Assembly (NCBI GenBank): GCA_020848745.1
Contig: JADLHM010000098.1
Span: 207,185 to 271,184, forward strand
Length of the DNA stretch: 64,000 nt
Origin: Deltaproteobacteria bacterium
Lineage (GTDB): Bacteria > Desulfobacterota > Binatia > UTPRO1
Direction of reading: 5' to 3'
Every line of letters starts with the position of its first letter. The first letter of the stretch is position 1. The position numbers were made by a program, and so were the translations under genes. A model generated the notes under the pieces. That model had not been told where the DNA came from. It made no database searches and was given only the letters and a program-made list of their open reading frames with translations. Of this stretch, positions 1 to 9,300 are shown piece by piece.

Positions 1-1929
1 CTTGGTGACGCAGTTCGGGGCCGGGAAGGTGTGCTGGGCGCATTGACCGGCGGCCTGATGCACCGGCCCGCCGAGCACGACCGTCATGCGGAACGGGCCC
101 ACCGCCGGGGCGTAGGTGCCGTTCTTGCCCTTCACCTTGAAGGAGGCGCCCTTCGACTTGGCGGTCTTGTCCTGCGCCTGCGCCTGGCCGATGCCGAGCG
201 CCGAGCCGCCGACGCAGCCCGGCGGCACTGCGTCGAGCTTGGTCGCGAACTTCATGCTGGTGAACGTGCCGTTGGTCTTCCAGCCGTCCTTCGGCCCGCA
301 GATGTTCGGCACGAGGCCGGGCGGAATGTAGTGGTCGAAGATCACCGCGCTGCCGGCGCCGAGGTCGACGATCTGGACCCGCATGCCGTCGACCTGCACG
401 CTGAGCGGCGGGATCGGCAGCGGGAGGGGTGGCGGAAAGCTCAGGTTGCCCTGCATCTGGAGCTGATCGTCGCCGGCGGGCGCGAGCAGCTTCCCGAGCT
501 TCAGCTGCGCCTTCGTCATGCCGACGCCGCCCGTGCAGATGTCGCAGACGTCGCCGACGAGGTCGAGGTCGCCGTCGGCCTGCGTCGGGTCGAAGTCGAC
601 GGGGCAGTTGTCGCAGACGTCGCCGTCGCCGTCGAAGTCGCCGTCGGCCTGCCCCGGATTCGGCACCAGCGGGCAGGTGTCGCACTCGTCGGCGGGGCCG
701 TCGCCGTCGGTGTCGATGTTCGGCCCGGGAGCGAACGGGCAGAGATCCACCGGGCAGAGGTTGGCGGGGAACCCGGCGTTGCCGAAGCCGTCGCCGTCGA
801 GGTCGGTGCACGGATCGCAGGCGTCGCCGACGAGGTCGCCGTCGCTGTCCTCCTGACCGGGGTTGAAGACGCCGGGACAGTTGTCGCACGGCGCGACGCC
901 GTCACCGTCAGGAACGTCACCCATCGGCGGAACCGGGCACGGGTTGGTGACGAGCTCGAGGCCCTTCACGTCGTCGCCCGGCGCGAGGCCGAGGGCGAAA
1001 CCAGGGATGGCGACGGTGAGCGGCGGACCCGTGAAGAGATTCAGGACGTCTTCCGGGCCCGCCGGGATCGCGAGCAGCGATGGGGAGCCGGGGGCGAGCG
1101 AAACGACGGTGCTCGCGAGCGCGTCGACGTCGTCGCAGGCGGGGGGCGCGCATCCCGGGCCACCGCTCACGAGCCCGCTGAACGCCGCGGGTATGGCCAT
1201 CCCGAAGAACGGGGGTGGTCCGGGGCAGGCGATGAAGATGTCACCCGGCTCGCCGCCCAAGGGGCGGAGGGTATTGGTGCCGGGCGTCAGGGTCGGCGAG
1301 CCCGGGGCGAGGGAGAATTGCACGCAGAAGACGCGTCCGCGGCCCGGGGCGCCCCAGTCGAAGTCCGCGATCTGGTCGTTGAAGACGACGGGTGGGGCCG
1401 GATTCAGCTCGGAGAGCCCGAGGCCGAGGCCCGTGTAGCCGGTGAGCGGCGCGAGCGGCGGCCCGCCGTTGCCGTCCAGCACCTGCGTGTGGAAGGGCGG
1501 GAAGGCGCCCGTTGCCGGGTCGAGCACGGCGAAGATGTCGCTCGACGCCTCGGGCTGGATGCCGATCGGAACGCCGACGACCTCGGAGTTCACGTTCGGG
1601 GTCAACGGTCCGGCGGCGCTCATCGAGCCCCGGGTCACGGTGAAGTAGAGGGTGCTCGGACCCATGGGTCCGTCGTCACCGAACGAGATCGCGTCGACGA
1701 CGTCGCCGGCCATCAGCCCGAGGTCGGCGGGCGTGAGCCCGACGACTGGCGGCGGCAGCGGCCCCGGCGCCGGCGGGACGGCGGGCGTGAGGAGCGTGTT
1801 CGCGGCGGTGCCCGTCAGCGTGAGCGTGTTGGACGGCGGGTCGAGCGCGAAGGTCTGCGCGCGGGCGATGGCCGGGGCCAGCGCGACGGTGATCGTCGCG
1901 GCGGCCGCGAGCTTCACGAAACTCTTCAT
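1..1929 (-). CDS. Secreted thrombospondin type-3 (TSP3) repeat protein, 3' end beyond window (partial; not in ORF track because no in-window stop)
   Basis: Manual minus-strand translation from ATG at 1927-1929 (RBS GAGGAGG upstream) gives MKSFVKLAAAATITVALAPAIARAQ signal peptide, then repeated C-x-(D/N)-x-C-P-x-x-x-N-P-x-Q-x-D-x-D-x-D-G-x-G-D-x-C-D units (e.g. CDNCPGVFNPGQEDSDGDLVGDACDPCTDLDGDG), open to position 1 with no stop. Confidence 0.7.
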   Translation of the reverse strand, partial: MKSFVKLAAAATITVALAPAIARAQTFALDPPSNTLTLTGTAANTLLTPAVPPAPGPLPPPVVGLTPADLGLMAGDVVDAISFGDDGPMGPSTLYFTVTRGSMSAAGPLTPNVNSEVVGVPIGIQPEASSDIFAVLDPATGAFPPFHTQVLDGNGGPPLAPLTGYTGLGLGLSELNPAPPVVFNDQIADFDWGAPGRGRVFCVQFSLAPGSPTLTPGTNTLRPLGGEPGDIFIACPGPPPFFGMAIPAAFSGLVSGGPGCAPPACDDVDALASTVVSLAPGSPSLLAIPAGPEDVLNLFTGPPLTVAIPGFALGLAPGDDVKGLELVTNPCPVPPMGDVPDGDGVAPCDNCPGVFNPGQEDSDGDLVGDACDPCTDLDGDGFGNAGFPANLCPVDLCPFAPGPNIDTDGDGPADECDTCPLVPNPGQADGDFDGDGDVCDNCPVDFDPTQADGDLDLVGDVCDICTGGVGMTKAQLKLGKLLAPAGDDQLQMQGNLSFPPPLPLPIPPLSVQVDGMRVQIVDLGAGSAVIFDHYIPPGLVPNICGPKDGWKTNGTFTSMKFATKLDAVPPGCVGGSALGIGQAQAQDKTAKSKGASFKVKGKNGTYAPAVGPFRMTVVLGGPVHQAAGQCAQHTFPAPNCVTK

Positions 1930-2298
1930 GGCGTATCCTCCTCAGAAGGGGGAGAAAGTGGAATGGCTTGGCGCGCGCCGCCCTGCGGCGCGCGCCCCGA
2001 CGGCACGAATGACCTGCGGGCTACGACGCTCGGGACCGCATCGTCAAGGAAAAAGTATCGGAAAGCGTCGGGCCGCCCCCATCCGGAAGGTGCAGCTCGG
2101 CTATCCGTACGATATTGCTATCCGAGCACGAAGCGAACCCGGCATTTCCGCGCCAGGCGATTCGCTTCGCGGCGCGGATCGGCGTTCCAGACGGGCAACA
2201 TCGCTTCGCTCGCGGCGAGGATCATGCCGAGCGTTGGCGTCGGATGCGGCCGCAAGGGGGTGGACGGCACCGGGAAGCGCAGCGCCTCCGGCGGTCGT

Positions 2299-2835
2299 TC
2301 AGCGCTTCCCGGCAAGATCGAGGATCCTTTCGTGGATGCGCGCGTCGCCGAAGCGATCGCAGAGCCCCCGGAACGCCGCGCCGAGCAGGTCGATCCCGTT
2401 CGCCGCAGCGAGCTCGACGATGTCCACGGCGTCTTTGAGCATGCGCGCCTCACCCGAGAAGCGGAGCGCGTGGAGCTTCATCGCGATCAGATGCTCGACC
2501 GAGGGGACGAGGCAAGTGATGGTGCCGAAGACGACGGCCCGCGCGGCTCCCTTCATGGCGTCGAGCGTGCCGTCGTCGACGATGAGCAGGTCGATCGGCC
2601 ACCCGGATGGCGTCGGCGGGCTCAGCTGGACGAACGCGGCGTCCTCGTGGAAGACGGCGTAGCCGAGCGCGACGAGTCGGGTCCGCCACTCGACCGCGTC
2701 GCGTTCCCGGACGATCAGGTCGAGGTCGCCGGTCTTGCGGATCACTTGGTAGGCGTTCACGGCGTGGCCGCCGCAGACGAGGAAGTCGAGGCCTCCGGTC
2801 GTGGCCAGGCGTTCGACTTCGTCGAGCGGCGACAT
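2299..2835 (-). CDS. Nucleotidyltransferase-fold protein (Pol-beta superfamily-like; GG...DLDL motif)
   Basis: ORF 2299..2835; LVCGGHAVNAY...TGDLDLIV resembles GS/DxD minimal nucleotidyltransferase signature; non-Arg-rich composition unlike overlapping shadow ORFs. Confidence 0.5.
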   Translation of the reverse strand: MSPLDEVERLATTGGLDFLVCGGHAVNAYQVIRKTGDLDLIVRERDAVEWRTRLVALGYAVFHEDAAFVQLSPPTPSGWPIDLLIVDDGTLDAMKGAARAVVFGTITCLVPSVEHLIAMKLHALRFSGEARMLKDAVDIVELAAANGIDLLGAAFRGLCDRFGDARIHERILDLAGKR

Positions 2836-2913
2836 CGCCGAAGTGATGGCACGTTTTCGAGTGGCGGGCCACGGTCCGGGAGGCCGCTCCCGGATCGCTC
2901 CGCCGCGGGATTC

Positions 2914-4083
2914 TCAACGCAACGGACAGGTCGTGGGCGCGTGGCCGACGTACGCGACGCACTGGTTGCAGTGCGTGCAGAGCGTGCCGTCGAAGTCGCC
3001 GGCCTCGATGCGGCGCACCAGATCGGGTTGGCGGATGAGGGCGCGGCCGAGCGCGAGGAGATCGAAGCCCTCGCCGAGGGCGGCCTCCATCGTCGCCTGC
3101 TGGTTCACGCCGCCGAGCAGCATGAGCGGCATGCGGACGGCGGCGCGGAAGCGGCGGGCGAGCGGCGCGAAGAACGCCTCCTCGAAGCGGTAGTTCCGCA
3201 TGACGAGCTTGGCGCCGAAGCGGAGCGCGACGCGCCGGAACGGATTGCGCTCGCGCGCGAAGAGCGCGTCGATGGGCGAGTCGCCGCGCATCAGGAACAT
3301 CGGCGTCTTCGTGGTGTGGCCGCCGGTGAGCTGGAGGGCGTCGAGCGCGCCGTCGGCTTCCAGCATGCGCGCCACCTCGAGCCCGTCGTCGAGCGAGAGT
3401 CCGTTCGCGAAGCCGTCCTCCATGTTGAGCTTCGCCCAGATCGCGACGTCGCGTCCCGCCGCTTCCCGCACGGCGCGCACGATGCGGCGCGGAAAGCGGG
3501 CGCGATTCTCGAGGCTGCCGCCCCATTCGTCGCGGCGGCGGTTGTTGTAGGGCGAGAGGAACTGGCTGAGGAGGTAGCCGTGCCCGACGTGCACCTCGAG
3601 CGCGTCGAAGCCGGCCTCGACGGCGAGCCGCGCCGCCGCCGCGAAGTCGCGCTCGAGGCGATCGAGGTCGGCGGCCGTGAGCGCCCGCGCGAACGTCTGC
3701 GCGTGCAGACTGAAGGTCCGCGACGGTCCGAGCGGCCGCGTGCCGGTCGCCTTCGGGTCGGCGAACCATCCGGCGTGGCCGAGCTGGAGCGCCGCCTTCG
3801 CGCCCTCGGCGTGCATCGCAGCCGCGAAGCGGGCGAGGCCCGCCGCCGCCTCCGGGCGCATCACGATCTGATCCTTGAAGGTGCGGCCGTCGGCGGCGAC
3901 CGCGCAGTACGCGAGCGTCGTCATCGCGACCCCGCCCGCCGCCACCTCGCGGTGCCACTCGACGAGCGCGTCGGTGACGAGCCCGCCCTCGGCGCAGGTC
4001 TCGTAGGTCGCGCACTTCACGATGCGGTTGCGGAGGGTGAGCGGCCCGAGGCGCGTCGGGCTCAGGATCGGGCTCGTCGACAT
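2914..4083 (-). CDS. NADH:flavin oxidoreductase / Old Yellow Enzyme family
   Basis: Internal ATG (MSTSPILSPTRLGPLTLRNRIV) in ORF 2914..4260; OYE-like motifs (HxGHGYLLSQFLSP, GFDxLEVH), TIM-barrel flavoprotein length. Confidence 0.8.
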   Translation of the reverse strand: MSTSPILSPTRLGPLTLRNRIVKCATYETCAEGGLVTDALVEWHREVAAGGVAMTTLAYCAVAADGRTFKDQIVMRPEAAAGLARFAAAMHAEGAKAALQLGHAGWFADPKATGTRPLGPSRTFSLHAQTFARALTAADLDRLERDFAAAARLAVEAGFDALEVHVGHGYLLSQFLSPYNNRRRDEWGGSLENRARFPRRIVRAVREAAGRDVAIWAKLNMEDGFANGLSLDDGLEVARMLEADGALDALQLTGGHTTKTPMFLMRGDSPIDALFARERNPFRRVALRFGAKLVMRNYRFEEAFFAPLARRFRAAVRMPLMLLGGVNQQATMEAALGEGFDLLALGRALIRQPDLVRRIEAGDFDGTLCTHCNQCVAYVGHAPTTCPLR

Positions 4084-4123
4084 CGCGGCGATGAGAGCAC
4101 GGGCGGCGGCACGGCCACAAGCG

Positions 4124-6241
4124 CTACCGGTGTCGGGCCCCGCGCACCTCCACCGTCGCGCTCGCGCGCGTCCCGCGCGCCGCGTCGACGAGCGCCACGA
4201 CGTGCGTCCCGGGCGTCGGCTGCCAGAGGGCCAAAGCGGCGGCGGACCCGAGGTCGGCATCGTCGACGCGCCAGCGGAGCCCGTCGGCGCCGCCCGCCGC
4301 TTCGAGCGGGACGCGCTGCCGGTCGGCGGGGATGTCGGGGTCGAGCGCGACGATGGTGCCGTCGACCGGCGCCACGATGCGCGCCGCGCCGAGGGTGAGC
4401 GCGCGCGCGCCCGGCTCCGTGCCGGACGCGAGCCACTCGCGGCGCGCCGGCTCGACGCCGTTCGGGAACGCGACCTCCGCGGCGACGAGGCCGGGGGGCG
4501 GTGCGGGTGCGACGCTCGGGGTCGCGCGGTGGAGCCAGCTCATCACCTCGAGCCAGACGGGCGCGGCGCCCATGACGCCGCTCACGTCGTGCATGGGGGC
4601 GCCCGACGCGTTGCCGACCCAGGCGCCGACCGTGTAGCGCTCGGACCATCCGAGGCACCAGTTGTCGCGCATCTCCTTGCTGGTGCCGGTCTTCACGGCG
4701 GTGAAGAAGCGGGTGGCGAGCGCGCTCTCGAGGCCGAAGGTGGCGCTGCGGCCCTCGCGGTCGGCGAGGACGTCGCCCACCTGAAAAGCCGCGGCGGCCG
4801 AGAGCACGCGGCGCGGCGCGGCGGGCGCGCCGTCCCGATGCGCGCCGGTCGGCGCGTCGTCGGCCGACACACGGAGCGGCGACCAGACGCCGCCGTTCGC
4901 GAGCGCGCGGTAGGCACCGACGAGCTCGAAGAGCGTCACGTCGGCACCGCCGAGGGCGAGCGCCGGACCGTAGAACGCGCCCTCCTCGGTCACGCCGGCG
5001 AAGCCGAGGTCGTGGAGCAGCGCCACGAAGGCGTCGCCGCCGACGAGCCCGAGCGTTCGCACCGCCGGGACGTTCAGCGACGACGCGAGCGCGGTGCGCG
5101 CGCTGACGAGCCCGCGGAAGCGGTCGTCGTAATCGCGCGGTCGGTAGAGCCCGCCCGGCACCGCCAGCGCGAGCGGCGTGTCCTCGACCAGCGACGCCGG
5201 CGTCAGCAGGCGGCGCTCGAACGCGAGCCCGTAGAGGAAGGGCTTGAGCGTCGAGCCGGGTTGCCGGCGGGCGCGGACGACGTCGACGAAGCGGGCACGG
5301 GAGAGCATGCCGCTGCCGCCGACCCATGCGAGCACGTCGCCGCTCGCGTTGTCGGCGACGAGCACCGCGCCGTCCTCGACGTTGCGTCCGCGGAGGCCCG
5401 TGAGCGCGCGGACGAGGGCGTCGCGCGCGACGCGTTGGGTAGCGGCGTCGAGCGTCGTCGCGAGCAGCGCGGTGCGCTCGGCGAGCAGGCGGTGCGCGAG
5501 GTGCGGCGCGAGATCGGCGCGCGTGCTCCGGAGCGTCGCGGTCGCGACTCGATCGGCCGCGGCCGAGAGCGCATCGTCGTCGACCTCCGTGGCGCTCGCG
5601 GCCGCGAGGCGCGCGGCGCGCCGCACGACCGTGTCGCGCCCCGCGTTGGGGCCCCGCAACGTAGCCGCCAGCACCAGCGACTCCGCCGTGGCGAGTCCGT
5701 GGGGGGCTTTGCCGAAGAGGAACGCCGCCGCGGCGCCGACGCCACGGAGCTCGCCGCGGAAGCCGACGCGGTTCAGGTACGCCTCGAGGATCTCGTTCTT
5801 CGACCAGTGCCGCTCGATCGCGAGCGCCGCTCGCATCTGGCGGAGCTTCTGCGTGAACGTGCGCCCGCCGCGGGGCGGCGCGAGCGCGGGATCGAGGAGC
5901 GCCGCGAGCTGCATCGTGATCGTGCTCGCGCCGCGCGTCGCGCGACCGGCGAAACGCCCGAGCGCCGCGCCGGCGAGCGCCCGTACGTCGATGCCGTGGT
6001 GGTCCCGAAAGCGCCGGTCCTCGGCGGCGAGCACGGCCGGGACGAGGGCGGGCGACACGTCGGCGAGCGCGGTCCAGGCGAGGCGGCGCTCGCCCGCGTC
6101 GGTGCGAAGCTCGTGGAGGACCGCGCCGCGCCGATCGAGGAGGGGGACGTCGGAGGGGCGGTGGCGCGCGCGGACGGCGTCGAACGAGGGAACCGGGGTC
6201 GTCGCGACCGCGAGCCAAGCGGCGCCCGCGACGGTGAGCAT
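4124..6241 (-). CDS. pbpC: Penicillin-binding protein 1C (transglycosylase + transpeptidase)
   Basis: C-terminal 705 aa of giant ORF 4124..10873; TITMQLA transglycosylase motif, STLKPF (SxxK) transpeptidase motif, KTGT; immediately downstream of alpha-2-macroglobulin gene (classic yfhM-pbpC arrangement). Start (ATG 6239-6241) uncertain; a GTG ~45 nt upstream is possible. Confidence 0.8.
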   Translation of the reverse strand: MLTVAGAAWLAVATTPVPSFDAVRARHRPSDVPLLDRRGAVLHELRTDAGERRLAWTALADVSPALVPAVLAAEDRRFRDHHGIDVRALAGAALGRFAGRATRGASTITMQLAALLDPALAPPRGGRTFTQKLRQMRAALAIERHWSKNEILEAYLNRVGFRGELRGVGAAAAFLFGKAPHGLATAESLVLAATLRGPNAGRDTVVRRAARLAAASATEVDDDALSAAADRVATATLRSTRADLAPHLAHRLLAERTALLATTLDAATQRVARDALVRALTGLRGRNVEDGAVLVADNASGDVLAWVGGSGMLSRARFVDVVRARRQPGSTLKPFLYGLAFERRLLTPASLVEDTPLALAVPGGLYRPRDYDDRFRGLVSARTALASSLNVPAVRTLGLVGGDAFVALLHDLGFAGVTEEGAFYGPALALGGADVTLFELVGAYRALANGGVWSPLRVSADDAPTGAHRDGAPAAPRRVLSAAAAFQVGDVLADREGRSATFGLESALATRFFTAVKTGTSKEMRDNWCLGWSERYTVGAWVGNASGAPMHDVSGVMGAAPVWLEVMSWLHRATPSVAPAPPPGLVAAEVAFPNGVEPARREWLASGTEPGARALTLGAARIVAPVDGTIVALDPDIPADRQRVPLEAAGGADGLRWRVDDADLGSAAALALWQPTPGTHVVALVDAARGTRASATVEVRGARHR

Positions 6242-6303
6242 CGCCGCGCCGAGCGCGGCCGCGGCGCGCGCACGTCTCACGGGGACGATCCGCCGCGCGC
6301 GCC

Positions 6304-9300
6304 TCACGGCGCGACCTCGATCGGCGCGTTCGGGATCTCGCCGAACACGTCGGGCGCGTAGAGCGCCTCGACGCGCGTCGGCGGCAGCGCGAAGCGGCCT
6401 GCCTGGCTCAGCCGCATCGTGTACTCGACGGTGAAGCGTCCCTTCGGCACGAAGTCGTAGTAGGCGCGGAAGCCGTCGAACGCGCGCTCGACGAAGACGG
6501 GGCGCGCTCCCGGGTTTTCCTGCTCGCCGCTCGCGAGCACGGCCGAGTCGCCGCCGAGCCCGGTCCCGAGGTGCGTCGCGCCCGCCGGGATCGGGTCGTC
6601 GACGACGACCCACGTCATGTCGCGCTCGGCGTCGATTTCGAGGCGCACGCGGAGCACGTCGTCGCGGCTGGTCCCGCCGGGCGGGCGCGCCGCGCTCTCG
6701 ACGGGTGTCACGGTCTTCGTGATCCGGTAGCCGGCGGCGATCGGCTGCGTGAGCGGAACCGCGGCGCGCGCCTGGATCGTCGCCCAGGGCCGGCCGCCGC
6801 CGGCGTGCGCGAGGGCGAGCTCGCCCTCGCCTCCGCTCGGCCAGGAGAGCGCGAGGATCGCGCCCGCCGGCGCCGCCGCCCAGTCGAGGGCGCGCTCCGT
6901 GTCGGCGAGCGTGGCGCGGGTCGTGCCGGCGACCGGCGTCGTCTCGAAGGCCGCCGCGAACTTCTCGACCGCGAGCGTGCCCCAGGCGTTGGCGACCGTG
7001 GTCGACCACGCGCCGCGCCGCTGGCGGCCGAGCGCGCCGCGCGCGAGCCGCGGCAGGTCCTCGCGCCATGCGCCGTGCTCGAGGAGCGTCAGCACGAGCC
7101 GGACCGCGTTCACGTCGGCGTCGCTCATCAGCCAGAAGAGGCGGTCGCCGTCCTCGGTCGAGAACGTGAGGCTCGTGCCGGTGACCCGCAGGCGGGCGCG
7201 GAGCTCGTGCTCGACGTCGGCGACGTGCGCCGGATCGGGCTTCTTCGCGATCCGGTGCATCAGGCTCCACCAGTCGATCAAGGCCGAGGTCGGCCAGAGG
7301 CCGGGCTCGACGGTGATCGTGCTCATGAGGGCGGGCTCGACGGCGCCGACCCGCGAGAGCGCCTCGAGCGCCGTGATCTTGCGGAGCGCCAGGTCCGCGG
7401 TCGCGAGCGGCGGCGTGGTCGCCAGGGCGCCGCTCACGAAGCGGCGCAGCCCCTCTTCCATGTCGGCGCGTACGCGCCCGGGGAGCTCGCGACCGGCGGC
7501 GGTCGCGAGCGAGAGCACGTACGCGGTCAGCACCTCGCTGCCTTCCGCGCTCGTCGGGAAGTACTTGAGGAGGCCGTGCGCGTCGGCATACGAGGGCAGG
7601 GCCGTCGCGATCTCGTGCCAGAGGGCGTCGTCGTGGAGCGCGATCGCGCGCGACACGCGCTGCTCGAGGCAGCGATACGGGTAGCGGCGCATGGCGTCGC
7701 GCACGCCGTCGAGCCCGGCGGCGAGGCTCGGCGCGAGCGCCACCCGCACCTCGCCGCGCTCGGGAAGCGCGTCGGCGGGACGCGCGACCGGCTGGCGCGC
7801 GCCGTCCGCGTCGAGCTGGAGGAGCGCCGCCTGGAGCGTCCGCACCGGCACGGCCGGCCGGACCTGTTGCGCGACGCGCACCTCGTCGGCGGGCGCGCCG
7901 GCGGCCGTCGCGGTGACGGTGTACGTCAGCTGCGTGACGTCGGCCGGCGCGGTCATGTCCCAGCCGACGATCGCCGAGGCGTCCGCCGGCAAACGGACCG
8001 TCTGCGGCGCGAGGGACGGCACGGCGCGATCCGCCCGCGAGCCCCCGGCCTCCACCGTGCCCGCCACCGTCAGGTCCGCGGCGTGGCTGGTCGTGTTGCG
8101 CACGGTGAAGGCCGCGCGGAAGCGGTCGCCCTCGCGCACGAGCGGGGCGAGTCCCGGCAGGATCATGACGTCCTGGGTGGCGCGGATCGACGTGCCGCCG
8201 GTGCCGAAGCGGTCGAGGCCGCTCGCGGCGACCGCGACGATGCGGAAGCTCGTGAGCGAGTCGTTGAGCGGCACGTCGACCGTGGCGCGGCCGCGCGCGT
8301 CGAGCGGCACGCGCGCCTTCCAGAGGAGCAGCGTGTCGAAGAGCTCGCGCGTCGCGCTCCGACCGCCGCCGCCGCCGGCCGGCAGCGCCTTCAGCCCGTA
8401 GTGGCGCTTGCCGACGACCTGCATCTGCGCGGTCGCGGTCGTGACGCCGTAGGAACGCCGCCCCATCATGGCGTCGAGGAGCTTCCAGCTCTCGTTCGGC
8501 GCGAGCTCGAGGAGGCCGGCGTCGACCGCCGCGAGCGCGACCTCGCTGCCGGGCGCGAGCGCGGTGCCGTCGGCGGCGCGCACGGCGATCTTCACTTGCG
8601 CGGTCTCGCGCACGCGATGGACCGGATGGTCGGCGGCGACGCGGACCTTCAGCTCGTGCGCTTTCCAGCCGACGGCGAGCTCGGCGATGCCGAGCTTGAA
8701 GGTCGGACGCCCGAGATCGACGAGCGCGGTCGGCTGGACGTCGTCGGCGCGGCCGCGGAGCGCCAGGACCGACACGAAGACGTTCGGCGCCCACTCGGGG
8801 CGGATCGGCACCTCGATCACCGGATCCGTGCCCGCGAGCGCGACCACGCGCGCGTCGGCGACGCCCTCGCGCTCGATCGTGACGAGCGCGGTCGCGGCGC
8901 GAAACGGCATGCGCACCTGGAGGCGCGCCGTCTCGCCGGGCTCGTAGCGGCGCCGCTCCGGCAGCACGTCCATGCGGTCGCTGTCGCTGCCGCCGAACCA
9001 CCAGCGTCCTTCCTTGCCGGCCACCCAGACGTCGTGGTGCGCCGCCGAGCGCCGGCCGGACTCGTCGGTGGTCGACGCCTCCAGCACGACGTTGCCGGTG
9101 ACGCCGGCCGGCCCCTCGCAGTGGAGGAGCCCGTGCGCGTCGGTCGTGCCGCGGCAGACGGTGCCGAGCCGCTTCGTCTCGCGCACGCTGTCGTAGGCGT
9201 AGAAGCCGCCGACGACGCGCGTCCGGTGCGAGAAGAGCTTCCGCGAGAACGCGTCGACCCGGACCGGCGCGCCCGCCACGGGCGCTCCCCGTGGATCGAC

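Noticed and set aside
863-1438. 191-aa plus ORF and other small ORFs inside 1..1929
   Set aside because: They are antisense or alternative frames of the TSP3-repeat gene, Ser/Pro/Gly-rich with no motifs.
31-4398. 1455-aa plus-strand ORF (and similar giant ORFs 4022..6361+, 4062..6218-, 6571..12048+, 12601..15135-, 14743..17028+, 28805..33013-, 43492..46983-, 54857..56992+)
   Set aside because: Arg/Ala/Gly/Pro-rich low-complexity translations with no recognisable domains. These are typical open shadow frames opposite or out of phase with real genes in very high-GC DNA. In each case a motif-bearing gene occupies the locus in another frame or on the other strand.
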